Source: an uncultured archaeon (GTDB lineage: Archaea; Asgardarchaeota; Thorarchaeia; Thorarchaeales; Thorarchaeaceae). From it: a stretch of 64,000 nucleotides of DNA. The stretch spans positions 124,263 through 188,262 of the forward strand of contig CAZLEV010000006.1 of NCBI GenBank assembly GCA_964558645.1, written 5' to 3'. Shown piece after piece: positions 1 to 9,743 of this stretch (its first letter is position 1; each line of letters begins with the position of its first letter). Position numbers and translations under genes: made by a program. The notes under the pieces were generated by a model. That model ran no database searches and had not been told where the DNA came from. It saw nothing but the letters and a program-made list of their open reading frames with translations.

Positions 1-960
1 GGTGAGAAGTGAGACCATACTGAACAAGATACTCACCGTCGAAGTCTTCAGAAGAAGTGTTGACAGGGGCTGGATTGATTCACCATCGAGGGAGCGGTCT
101 TGCCAGCTCCAGTCCATGATTGCTCTCCAGCCTGCTGAGGCGATACCAAGCCAAAAGAGAGCTGTGAAGAGGGCCGTGTCGGGGAACTCTTGGAAAAGGC
201 AGTACGGACAGTGATGACTTGGGAGACCAAGAACCAACGGGGCGTAGGTATCATGGAGCACGAGGAGATAGACGAAACCTGCAGAGAGAGCCAGAAGAAG
301 AGTTGGACCTAACCGTATCTTGGGTCTGAGATGACTCCATTGAACAAGAATCAAGACGGTTGCCAAGGCAATAAGAAGTGCAAGGAGAAATATCCCGAAT
401 TCGGGGCCAAAGAGAGCGGAAGGGGAGAATGGTGGATCGACATCGTAGACGCTTCCACAGCACGGAGCAAAGACCGGCTTCACAGTCGCAACAAACAGGA
501 CGTCCACAGCAGCCTCGATGACAACCATGGGCAGGAGAATCAGAAGGAACGAACGGGCCAAGTGTGTCATGAGAGGGAGTTCGGGATGGGTACGGTTCGC
601 CAGTTCAAGCACAATCCAGGCACCGTAAGCAAAGGGTAGCACAATCTTCAGGGCCAAATCAATGAAAGAATACGGGTTGCCCACATTCATGACACCATAT
701 GCACACATCGCTCCGGGACAGAAGGGAACGATAGACTGAAGCATCCAGAAGAAGACAGGCACTATGAGAAGACGCCCGAGGAGAACAATGATGCCAATCA
801 TGGACAGGAGATAGTACTTCTGTTCAGAGGCCTCGTACTCCTCCAAGTCGTCCCGTGAGTCCTCCATCATGTCCGACGCCACAAGGCCGCCATAGAGAGC
901 CAATGCCAAGGAGAGAATGGCCACTACAAGGACTACGATTGTGGTAACGGTGAATATCAT
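1..960 (-). CDS. Multi-pass membrane protein with Cys/His clusters (3' end runs off window)
   Basis: Not in ORF track because there is no stop inside the window. Manual translation from ATG at 960: MIFTVTTIVVLVVAILSLALALYGG...; open to base 1, many hydrophobic segments, motifs FCPGAMC, PCCGS, HHCPYC. Confidence 0.8.
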   Translation of the reverse strand, partial: MIFTVTTIVVLVVAILSLALALYGGLVASDMMEDSRDDLEEYEASEQKYYLLSMIGIIVLLGRLLIVPVFFWMLQSIVPFCPGAMCAYGVMNVGNPYSFIDLALKIVLPFAYGAWIVLELANRTHPELPLMTHLARSFLLILLPMVVIEAAVDVLFVATVKPVFAPCCGSVYDVDPPFSPSALFGPEFGIFLLALLIALATVLILVQWSHLRPKIRLGPTLLLALSAGFVYLLVLHDTYAPLVLGLPSHHCPYCLFQEFPDTALFTALFWLGIASAGWRAIMDWSWQDRSLDGESIQPLSTLLLKTSTVSILFSMVSLLT

Positions 961-1094
961 GGACTATACCGGATTGTGAGGCAGAGAAAACGACCAATAA
1001 AGCGTTCCGCCTGTTCTAGCAGTCTTGAGAGCGGAGATCTGTACGAACGGTTAATCAGGATTCTCCTCGAATGAAGACATGGTGATATTATACT

Positions 1095-1331
1095 ATGGCC
1101 TTTGCTGTTGCTGCAGCGACACATACCAGCTCCTATCGTGTGAAGTTCAAAAGAGAGGAGTTTATCAGACTCATAGATCGTGCCGAGCCAGAGAGGATCT
1201 ACCAGACCGGGCGCATGCATTTCTTTGCATTCGATGGCTTTGTGATGTATACCTTCGAGTGTGAGGACGAGGACTTTCGGCAGGAAGTCTTCCACAGTAT
1301 CGAGTTCTCGAACACTCAATGGTCCGAATAG
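1095..1331 (+). CDS. Small hypothetical protein
   Basis: 78-aa ORF with GGTGA RBS-like motif upstream; protein-like composition. Confidence 0.65.
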   Translation: MAFAVAAATHTSSYRVKFKREEFIRLIDRAEPERIYQTGRMHFFAFDGFVMYTFECEDEDFRQEVFHSIEFSNTQWSE

Positions 1332-1391
1332 GCAGTCCTCTAACCGGGTATTATATCCGGAATGCGCTCATCATGTACTGGCGGGAATCCC

Positions 1392-1889
1392 ATGGCGGAT
1401 GCAAGTACATCTGACGATGAAGAAGACTTTGGCGAAGCAGACCTGTTTGAGGCCATCTCTCACGAAACCAGAATTCGTGCCCTCTTTGCACTTCGAGATG
1501 AACCCCTTGGCTTTGCAGATCTCAAAAGGAAACTGGGCATCTCAAGCAGCGGAAACCTGCAACACCACATCAGGAAGCTCGGAGGGGTCATTCATACAGA
1601 TGAGACAGGGATGTACGCACTCACAGATCAGGGACGGGAGGCAATAATCGCGATACATGCAGTCAGGACTCTCGAGAATCGCAGGAAGTCGATTCTGCGC
1701 AGTATGACCGTGGTTGCAGTCTTTGCGTACTATGTTGTACAGATGAACATACCATTTCTCTTCGGCACGGTGAACGCCATGACTCCTGTGCAAGCATTCT
1801 TGAGCTCTGCCGTCTTTGGGATCATATTCTATGTGCTATGGAGAGCTTCATTGAAGCTGAATCCAGACCGGATTCCACCACAGAACTGA
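1392..1889 (+). CDS. ArsR-family winged-HTH regulator with two C-terminal TM helices
   Basis: FEAISHETRIRALFAL...GFADLKRKLGISSSGNLQHHIRKL motif; hydrophobic C-terminus; start moved to ATG 1392. Confidence 0.85.
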   Translation: MADASTSDDEEDFGEADLFEAISHETRIRALFALRDEPLGFADLKRKLGISSSGNLQHHIRKLGGVIHTDETGMYALTDQGREAIIAIHAVRTLENRRKSILRSMTVVAVFAYYVVQMNIPFLFGTVNAMTPVQAFLSSAVFGIIFYVLWRASLKLNPDRIPPQN

Positions 1890-1903
1890 TGTGAGGCCAC
1901 GAG

Positions 1904-2332
1904 ATGTCCGATGAATTCAATATTTCAGAGGGGCTGACACACGAAGACTGGGAAAAAGTTCGAGCCCGCTTTGCAGCCTACAACGCCGAAAAGAGTGACG
2001 GACTATCAGGGGAGCCCGGCCTAGCTGTGCAGCTTGGCCTGAAGGATGAAGATGGAGAAATCAGAGGAGCGCTCGCAGGACGGGCGACGTACAGGAGTTT
2101 CTGGATTGACCTGCTCTGGATAGACGAGGGCTGCCGCGGAAGAGGGCATGGGACACGGCTTGTGCACGAGGCAGAGAAGATTGCCAAGGAACAGGGCTGT
2201 ATATCTGTTCAGACCTCCACCTACTCGTTTCAGGCTCCCAAGTTCTACCGAGCCCTTGGCTACGAGGTCTTTGGGGAGTTCGATGACTATCCAGATGGCA
2301 TCAGGAAGTACTTTCTCGGAAAGAAACTCTGA
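1904..2332 (+). CDS. GNAT-family N-acetyltransferase
   Basis: LWIDEGCRGRGHGTRL acetyl-CoA motif; FQAPKFYRALGY. Confidence 0.9.
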   Translation: MSDEFNISEGLTHEDWEKVRARFAAYNAEKSDGLSGEPGLAVQLGLKDEDGEIRGALAGRATYRSFWIDLLWIDEGCRGRGHGTRLVHEAEKIAKEQGCISVQTSTYSFQAPKFYRALGYEVFGEFDDYPDGIRKYFLGKKL

Positions 2333-2389
2333 TACACCAGGTCCCGCAGTTCTTAAATGGAGAAATGACTGAGTTGAATCGGTGGTAGA

Positions 2390-2641
2390 ATGGCTGGAAG
2401 ATGGTCTTTCGCAGTCAACGCACTTTCCTTTGCCATAGGATCTGCGCTTCTCATGATCTCTGTAGCAAGTGTCGTGCTTGGTGCTGCCTTCATAGTGGAC
2501 CCGCCAAGTCACTTCAACTATTATTCCTACATGTATTGGACCACGATAAGTAGCGGTCTGGGAGCATTCCTCGGCACGCTGTTGATGTTTGTCGGGTGGA
2601 AGAGAGAGAAGGCAGAAACATTTGTAGGCACGGCTCAGTAG
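2390..2641 (+). CDS. Small two-TM membrane protein
   Basis: 83-aa ORF with two hydrophobic helices, GGTGG RBS-like motif. Confidence 0.6.
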   Translation: MAGRWSFAVNALSFAIGSALLMISVASVVLGAAFIVDPPSHFNYYSYMYWTTISSGLGAFLGTLLMFVGWKREKAETFVGTAQ

Positions 2642-2663
2642 TGAATGACGAACTAAGATGAAT

Positions 2664-3521
2664 TCAGACCTCGGAGTCCGAAACCGTATATTCGACGTTA
2701 CCTTCTAAGGCGTATATCACTCCACAGTCCCACTGTCCGTAGGTCTCACCATTTCCCAAGGTCAGATTCCACGGCACATCGAACCACTCCCCTGTGTGGT
2801 TTGTGGCCGTCTGGAAGACACCGAGGGTGTAGTCCGTCCAATAGTAGCTGAACGATATCATGAAGTTGACCTCATGGCCCGCAATCATCAGAGCATCGCT
2901 TCGACTAATCGAGAGGGCAAGAAGAAGAGTAAACACAACACTGGAGTCCTCGGGACCCAACCTGGTCAGGTCGAATGCAAGCTCGATGGTACAGAGATGC
3001 GTGAGAGAGTTGTTGGATGGCTGGGGCACGTTGTCTTCCAAGACTATGCCACTCACCTTACCGACATCGCCCTGAGCATCCCAGGTGACAGAGCTCTCAA
3101 GACCCGCGTGATACTTCACACTGTTCTCCCCATACTCTCCAGAAGTGCTGTTGACTGCAGGGGTGTAAGATACGTGGACCGAGTCCCCATCCCCCAGCTG
3201 GGTGAGTGATACCGCATCCATCCACGTGAAATCCGTGCTGCTGTCAGTTGCATCCATTGCGAAGACGTCGATACGGGCCTTTGAGGGAAGTGACATGGTC
3301 AGGCCTCTGCGATAACCGGCCACTGCCCCCATGATGAACATCGGAAACACATGAGAGGTCTGGTCAACAGGATACCAGAACTCCTTCAGCGTCAGGAATG
3401 CCGCATCGCCGCTTCCGCCGTCGGGAAGCGGTGACAGTCGTGTCCCAAGCAGGACAAATGTGAAAAGAGGTGTGATCACAATCACGAGTAAGAGGACTGC
3501 CTTGATTTTGGTTCGTTGCAT
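2664..3521 (-). CDS. Secreted/membrane-anchored hypothetical protein
   Basis: Start reassigned to MQRTKIKAVLLLVIV (signal/anchor); Ser/Thr-rich, beta-like, several NxS/T sequons. Confidence 0.7.
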   Translation of the reverse strand: MQRTKIKAVLLLVIVITPLFTFVLLGTRLSPLPDGGSGDAAFLTLKEFWYPVDQTSHVFPMFIMGAVAGYRRGLTMSLPSKARIDVFAMDATDSSTDFTWMDAVSLTQLGDGDSVHVSYTPAVNSTSGEYGENSVKYHAGLESSVTWDAQGDVGKVSGIVLEDNVPQPSNNSLTHLCTIELAFDLTRLGPEDSSVVFTLLLALSISRSDALMIAGHEVNFMISFSYYWTDYTLGVFQTATNHTGEWFDVPWNLTLGNGETYGQWDCGVIYALEGNVEYTVSDSEV

Positions 3522-3720
3522 TGCCCTTCGTATGTCAATGTCCTCCTTCTGAATATCAGTCTTTCCAACGACTTGTCTTGATAGATGCGGATGATGAGCC
3601 AGAAGACCACAGTATAAGATGGTGGACTGAGAGGGGTTAGAAGAATCAATGTTCAACTCAGTACTATGAAACCATTGCCACGATAAACACCTGCACCCGT
3701 AGGTGAAGAGTATTCTTGTT

Positions 3721-4596
3721 TCATTCCAAGTTCTCGATGATCCTCTTGTACTTGGAGAAGGCTTCCTCTGCCTCGGCATCTCTTCCAAGGTGCGAGAGAG
3801 CTGCAGCAAGTAAGGCGTAGGCCATTGGATCCGCGTATCCCTCCTCGATGCTCGCCCTGAACGCTCTCGCACACTCCCCCCACTCCCTAAACATGAGGAA
3901 CAACTCTCCCCAATGGAACCAGGTCTTTCCGTATCGGACTTCTAGGGAGAGGGACTTGTTGAGGTTCTCCATTGCATCTCTTATGGTATCCCGTTCATCC
4001 ACCTCTGGGTCTTCCGTCTTGACTCGCTCAATCAGTGCTTCGGCCAGTCCTGTGTGGGCCTTGTAGTCGTACGGGTCGGTATCGATAGCCCGCCTCAGAT
4101 ACATCTCAGCATCCTCCGGCCTGTCCAGAGAGAGAAGATGCGCTCCATACTCCCGCAGAACCTCAGCGTCGTCAGGAGTCAGTTGTACAGCCCGATAGAA
4201 GGCACGCTCGGCCTTCTCCGGTCTCCCCAATCTGGTCAGGGTGAGAGCGAGATATAGATGCGATTGTGCATCATCTGGTATCAGTCCCGTTGCCGTCGCC
4301 AAGGCCTTCAAGGCAGGCTCGTAGCGCTCTTGGAGATAGAGGATTCTCCCAAGGCTCCACCAGGCAACACCGAGAGAACAGTCGATCTCCACCGCCTTCC
4401 GCGCCAGCTGTTCAGCCTCCTGATAGTCTCCCAGATCTGTAAATACCAGGGACATGTTGTGATATGCCTCGGTGGCGCCGGGGGCCAGCTCGATGGACCT
4501 ACGGAGAGCCTGGATGCAGCCATCGGTATCACCCAGAAGAAGGCAGCACTCAGCAATGTCGTTCCAGACCACCGGGTCAGGCTCTGTCAGGTCCAT
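3721..4596 (-). CDS. Tetratricopeptide-repeat protein
   Basis: Repeated TPR consensus (AWWSLGRILY...YEPALKAL; SHLYLALTL...AERAFYRAVQLTP). Confidence 0.9.
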   Translation of the reverse strand: MDLTEPDPVVWNDIAECCLLLGDTDGCIQALRRSIELAPGATEAYHNMSLVFTDLGDYQEAEQLARKAVEIDCSLGVAWWSLGRILYLQERYEPALKALATATGLIPDDAQSHLYLALTLTRLGRPEKAERAFYRAVQLTPDDAEVLREYGAHLLSLDRPEDAEMYLRRAIDTDPYDYKAHTGLAEALIERVKTEDPEVDERDTIRDAMENLNKSLSLEVRYGKTWFHWGELFLMFREWGECARAFRASIEEGYADPMAYALLAAALSHLGRDAEAEEAFSKYKRIIENLE

Positions 4597-4731
4597 GAGG
4601 GAACAGGGAGTCTAACTTCTTCCGAAGAATCTCGAAATGCTTCTGCTTGTAGTTGCTCGGATCTGTCAAGATACCCCTCAATTGTGAGTATCAACCGCGA
4701 ACTATCGTGATACTGCTATGGATTCTGAAAG

Positions 4732-4761
4732 AGAGTATTCCGAAACTTCTATAACCAGAAA
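4732..4761 (+). repeat. Left copy of 30-nt inverted repeat (BRE/TATA-like promoter)
   Basis: AGAGTATTCCGAAACTTCTATAACCAGAAA matches reverse complement of 12090-12119 at 27/30. Confidence 0.8.
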
Positions 4762-4778
4762 GCCAGCAGAAACGACCC

Positions 4779-4868
4779 AGTTGGCTAGGTGATGTAGAAG
4801 CGCTGTCTTGCCAAGTCGCCGGAAGTTGCGATGGTTTCTGCTTCTCAGATAGTTGTTTCAGTCAACTA
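4779..4868 (+). ncRNA. Candidate K-turn / C/D-like small RNA
   Basis: Starts ~25 nt after the TATA-like box; CUA-GGU-GA-UG / CA-GA-UAG K-turn, AGAAGC/GCUUCU stem, alternative terminal stem AGUUGGCU/AGUCAACU. Confidence 0.4.
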
Positions 4869-7800
4869 GTTTCCATTAAATCCCTCAGAAACGAGTAGGT
4901 CTACAAGCCGTCCAGTCCGGAGTGCTGCAGGCAGTCGTATATCCTCAATTGAACTCACATCAAGTCTAACTGAATGTATCAATCCACTCGATACATCTAT
5001 GAACTGTTCCACCTCTGCAAGCAAGGCCACATCATAAATGTTCATTCTTTCCTCCTCGAGCTTCTTCAGTTGTGAATTCTCGGACAAGCCATCTAACTTG
5101 ACAGTAAGCACAGGATGTCGGAGTCGGTGCATCGCCATGATTTTCTCATCATAACGAATATACATGGTCACCGGAGGGGACATTTGCGCAGAGAGAAGCT
5201 GTTCTACATTCTTCGGATAGACATAGCTCTCCAAGAAATGCCTGCGATGCACCAGCGGTTTTAGAAATGATAGGCTGAACCACTCCTCCTCTTTTCCGCC
5301 ATATCCATACTCAATATCAGTGAGATGATCCCACGTCAAGATTGCGCCCTCTTCAGTAGTGACACTGCGCCCATCGAGGGCAGTTGACCGAAGAAAGGCC
5401 ACAACCTCCGCGGTTCGGGGAGTTCGGAACTCGTACTGCGGCTCCCGCGATGACCTGCACGTGACAACGTAGGTTTCTTGACTCAAATCCACGGTCACCT
5501 CACATGTGACAGACATCACTCTATGCTGTTGTTCTGCAATCCTCTCCAGCACCGGATGAAATCTCTCAAGACTGTGTGTGGGTGCTCCAATGGGGCACTC
5601 TTCCAGATTGAGAGCCGTTTTCATAGAGAGAGGGGAGAGTCGAACCCACAAGAGAGAGGTGACCCCCTTTGAATCTTGGTGGCTTCCGTAGTCTAGTCTG
5701 CCAACGAGCCCCCATTCATCGTTATCATGACTCCATTCCCATAGAATCTCTTGGCCGCCTACATTGGTCACGGCCAGTGACTCTTCAATCCAAAGGCAAG
5801 ACGCATCAAGCAGCTCTTGTGCACCGTCACTGAGTTCTGCTGGATTGCTCGAACACCACTGGAATCCCAAACGTAGCCTCTCCTGTTTTTCTCTCATAAG
5901 ACCACAGACAGCTTGACCGTCTGGGCGTTCGAAGAGGAACCATAGATGGTATTCATCACCCACTAGAAGCCCTGGCCTATAAATGGCAGGCAGGGAAGAT
6001 ATCTCGCTAACACGGTCGTCCACTTCGGTTTCTCTGGTTGTGAGGTATTCTGCACGCGAGAGGAGATTTGCGAAGATTGTCTGAAAGTCGTACACTGACT
6101 GGATTCTCTCCTGAGATGCCTGAACCGGGGCGAATCCCATCTGATACGGTAGCCATTCAACCACAGATTCCCAGAGGGGAATCGCAGCCGAGTGCCCCTC
6201 ATCCCGAACCGTCTTGGCCAGTGCAGCCATGATTCCCAAGAGGAGATTATTCCCATAAAGAGCAAGGGCATCCGGATTCTCACGGCGAATATCGGCAAGG
6301 AGCAGACGATTCTCCGCACTGAGAGTCTCACCTACCAGCTCACGATACGGCTCAATCAGTTGCCAGGCTCGTGCACGACTGGGGTGACGGATGAGGAGGT
6401 CTCTGACTTGGAGAAGTACACCAACGTAATTACCGGGCTCATCGGAGTTGCTCAGGGCACCCTCGCACAGTGAATGCACCTGTCTACACAGAACATACAT
6501 GTCATCGTGTGCAGGGAACTGGCATTTCAGGAACCTTGCCGCATCTCGTAGCCGTCTAATCTCTCTCCTCCGTGCAGTCGGACTATCCAGAAAGATCAGC
6601 TCGGTCTTCCCGTAGAGGGGAGGTTTTCGCGTGTAGTGCTTCTCAGCTTCAGTTTCTCTCTGTGTCTTATGATGCCAGTGGCGTGGGATGCCCACAGGAC
6701 CTGCATACATCTTCGCTTCAGTTGCTCGTTTCGGAATTGGGGGAGGGTGAATGGGACAGAGATGAAGTCGTTCTCTTAGAGGAGGGCTCTCCGTCTTCCT
6801 TACCAAGTGGCTAGAGATGGAATACGGTGTGCTTTGCGGTTCAGCCACCGCTACACTCATTGATCCGTTCCTAGATCGAAGAAGAGTCGGCGAAACAGTC
6901 ATTGCCTCAGCCTGGAGATCTTGGACTGCGTGTTCAGTGAGGTAGGAGATTGTGCTCTGGATGTTTCCCAGTATCACATCTCGTCCGTGCATTGATTGCG
7001 AAGTGACCATCTCTTCCATGATATCTTCCTCGGCGACTATCTTATCGCGCTTCGAACCACCCCTAAACTTTCGCGCCCACTTCCTTAGGACGGGCACCTC
7101 AATCATAGTGCTCCAAGGAGGGGCGCTCGTCGGTGTGTCCTGTACGATTATTCGTTTCTCATCGGCATAGGGAGTCTGCCAGCCGAACACTCTGGGAGCA
7201 GTGGGTATATTCCAGATGACTTCATCCAGCTGGAAACGCCTGGGAGAGTCATGGGGCAGAACATCAAGACACGGTCGTTGGTACGTTTCATTCATTCTTG
7301 TGGCTTTCACGCCACTATCCACCCAGATGATATTGACGTTGTTGTCAGGGAGCGTGTCAAGAATGGAACATTCGAGCGCCAAGAGTCGTTCCTTCTGCGA
7401 GGTAGGAGTCATCTGATTCAGGTCCGCCCAGCCATCTACGATGATGACACGCTCCGTTTCTTCCAACCCAGAGATGGCAGTGAGGCTCTGAATTGTGTTT
7501 GATTCGCCTTTGAGAAACGACTCGATGTCACCGCTCAGGTCCATGAATATGATATTCTCAAGCAAATCCGAAGACTTGTCGTCCAGTCCCAAACGCCGGG
7601 TGCGCAGCCTCTCAGGAAGACTCCCCAATAGGTCAAGCCAATAGACTGAGGGAGACGACGAGGAGTGTCTCACGACTTCATCAATGTGATGTAAGAGGTG
7701 CCAGTTCTTGGCGTGCCATGCAGCAGCATTTCCTCCAGAGGTGGGCGAGGGCACAGAGATATACTGGGTGAGGATGCGTTCGTCAGCATTCCGATTCTCA

Positions 7801-9551
7801 AAGGGATTGTCTACCTTGATGTTGTCTGCTATGGCCGCCTCTCGCATCGCACCTACGGGTCCCGAACAGGGAGCCATGAGGAGAGCTATTCGGCCACCTC
7901 CTGTCGATCTATTGAACCTGTGGGAGGTCCATCCCTTTGTAGAAACGAAGTCTGCAGGATTTGCCTGTAGGCTGGAGAGCATTCCTTCAAGAGCATCTAA
8001 TATCGACTCGTAGCTCTCAGCCGTATCCAAAATGACGACGCCCTTCCATAGCTCGCGCGGAGCAAATGTGTCCTGAGGCACTAGTTGTCTGTACTCACGA
8101 ACCAGTGTCTTCTCATAGAGAGCTAGCTGGTCACGTGTCCGTTTGATGGGGAGAGAGGTCGATATGGTTGACCATTCCTGAGGCATCAGCCGCGTCTTCC
8201 AACAATGCAATACCGGGGCAGAGTGGTCTTTCTTCGTCCGTGGTCGCATCCAATAAAGATTGTAATCGAAGGCAGTCTTCGTCTTGAGTTCAAGGATCAT
8301 CACAGGAGTCCAAACAATACGCAGTCCAACACTCCGTCGAACAAAGAGCACCAGGTCCGCCTTGCCATGACCTCTGTTTGAACGGATGGGCACCTCAGCA
8401 AGGAACTGTCTGTCTGTGGGACACTCCAGCATCGAGTCCCCGGCAAACAGCACCGACTTCAGAGATCGTGGATGATGGAAGACCGAGAGGAGTACCCTGT
8501 GCCAGTCATTGCCCTCGCGCTGGCTGATGGCCGAAACCTGCTCTCGGAGTCTCATCAAGTCTGGCTCCGTGATGTACTCCGAGCCGATGTAAGCGAGGAT
8601 CCTGTCACAAGCATCCCGGACCTCTTTCGATGTCGAACTACTGCGAAGTGACTGTGTCTTAGACTTGAGGAACTCTACCGTAAGGGGGGCCGTGTCCTCC
8701 CACTCAAGTTGGTCAGAAAGACGCTCTCGTCTACCAGCGCGACGCCCATACACGGCCCGTATCTCCAGAACGATATCTCTCAGTTCTCTGTCCGCTTCGG
8801 GGTAGAAGTCCTTTCGTCCTGTCATTCCCTCAGAATAGAACCAGTCAAGGAATGGCTTGAGTCTGTGGATAAGGAGGCGGATGTATCGATGTGCCTCGTT
8901 TCGCGGAACGTTGTAGATGAAGAGCTGCCGACAGAGCTCCTGTACGTGTCCGCGGATCATGTCTACAAAATCGAGTTCTGGAAGTGTGGGGTGTGAGAGC
9001 AAGAAACGTGGGCTCTTGGAGTCACCAGGATAGCCTGCTCGCCAATACTCCCTCACGGCATCGTCAGGAGTGTCTTCTGATACAACTGAACGAGGAACGA
9101 ATGTCTTGCGCCCATCGGCATACTGCAAAAACAGGTAGTACTGCGGTTCGGGAAAGGGGTAGTGAGTTGTAGCGAGATCTCGGAGACGAGCTCCCGCATA
9201 GTTCAGTAGACTATTCAGCGGACCCACACTTCCCTCCCGCCAGCTGTATACCCGTTTGAACTCTCGATTGCCGTACCGTTTCGTGCTGTGCCAGATGATG
9301 TCCAGCCACCTCTGACGCAAGAGATGCTCGATATTCTGGACAGAAGAGAAGTCATGGGGGCTCAAGACCTGATTCTCTTTCAGCTCCTTCTTCGCACTAG
9401 TCCAGACCTTAGTCATGGAGTTGACATACTTCTGGGTCTGGGAGCTACCTCGGGCCTGCGCTAGTCTGACTAAGGCAGCAAGCCCGGTCATGACTGATTG
9501 GGCCAGAATCTGGCTTGGTTTCCCTGAACTCCCTAGACGCGACACTTCCAT
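4866..9551 (-). CDS. 1561-aa protein with PD-(D/E)XK nuclease-like domain
   Basis: LAEVPI...GKADLVLF...ILELKTK...QLALY motif set (RecB/Cas4-like spacing); remainder unrecognised. Confidence 0.75.
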   Translation of the reverse strand: MEVSRLGSSGKPSQILAQSVMTGLAALVRLAQARGSSQTQKYVNSMTKVWTSAKKELKENQVLSPHDFSSVQNIEHLLRQRWLDIIWHSTKRYGNREFKRVYSWREGSVGPLNSLLNYAGARLRDLATTHYPFPEPQYYLFLQYADGRKTFVPRSVVSEDTPDDAVREYWRAGYPGDSKSPRFLLSHPTLPELDFVDMIRGHVQELCRQLFIYNVPRNEAHRYIRLLIHRLKPFLDWFYSEGMTGRKDFYPEADRELRDIVLEIRAVYGRRAGRRERLSDQLEWEDTAPLTVEFLKSKTQSLRSSSTSKEVRDACDRILAYIGSEYITEPDLMRLREQVSAISQREGNDWHRVLLSVFHHPRSLKSVLFAGDSMLECPTDRQFLAEVPIRSNRGHGKADLVLFVRRSVGLRIVWTPVMILELKTKTAFDYNLYWMRPRTKKDHSAPVLHCWKTRLMPQEWSTISTSLPIKRTRDQLALYEKTLVREYRQLVPQDTFAPRELWKGVVILDTAESYESILDALEGMLSSLQANPADFVSTKGWTSHRFNRSTGGGRIALLMAPCSGPVGAMREAAIADNIKVDNPFENRNADERILTQYISVPSPTSGGNAAAWHAKNWHLLHHIDEVVRHSSSSPSVYWLDLLGSLPERLRTRRLGLDDKSSDLLENIIFMDLSGDIESFLKGESNTIQSLTAISGLEETERVIIVDGWADLNQMTPTSQKERLLALECSILDTLPDNNVNIIWVDSGVKATRMNETYQRPCLDVLPHDSPRRFQLDEVIWNIPTAPRVFGWQTPYADEKRIIVQDTPTSAPPWSTMIEVPVLRKWARKFRGGSKRDKIVAEEDIMEEMVTSQSMHGRDVILGNIQSTISYLTEHAVQDLQAEAMTVSPTLLRSRNGSMSVAVAEPQSTPYSISSHLVRKTESPPLRERLHLCPIHPPPIPKRATEAKMYAGPVGIPRHWHHKTQRETEAEKHYTRKPPLYGKTELIFLDSPTARRREIRRLRDAARFLKCQFPAHDDMYVLCRQVHSLCEGALSNSDEPGNYVGVLLQVRDLLIRHPSRARAWQLIEPYRELVGETLSAENRLLLADIRRENPDALALYGNNLLLGIMAALAKTVRDEGHSAAIPLWESVVEWLPYQMGFAPVQASQERIQSVYDFQTIFANLLSRAEYLTTRETEVDDRVSEISSLPAIYRPGLLVGDEYHLWFLFERPDGQAVCGLMREKQERLRLGFQWCSSNPAELSDGAQELLDASCLWIEESLAVTNVGGQEILWEWSHDNDEWGLVGRLDYGSHQDSKGVTSLLWVRLSPLSMKTALNLEECPIGAPTHSLERFHPVLERIAEQQHRVMSVTCEVTVDLSQETYVVTCRSSREPQYEFRTPRTAEVVAFLRSTALDGRSVTTEEGAILTWDHLTDIEYGYGGKEEEWFSLSFLKPLVHRRHFLESYVYPKNVEQLLSAQMSPPVTMYIRYDEKIMAMHRLRHPVLTVKLDGLSENSQLKKLEEERMNIYDVALLAEVEQFIDVSSGLIHSVRLDVSSIEDIRLPAALRTGRLVDLLVSEGFNGN

Positions 9552-9743
9552 CCATTGGTGATGATTATTTATATAGATATTCTAGACTATCTGTAAGAAA
9601 TTAAATTCTCTCATAATCCTTTATTCTGGGTAAAAACGCCTAATAATCCTTCTAGACCGATAAGAAGCAATCTTGCTTGGTAGCTTTATAACGGTTTATG
9701 AGATTATAACTTCTGAGCCACACAAGAGAGAGGTGTACTGTTG

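Noticed and set aside
2-639. Plus-strand ORFs 2-214 and 331-639, and many similar short antisense ORFs throughout the window
   Set aside because: Shadow frames of well-supported genes on the opposite strand.
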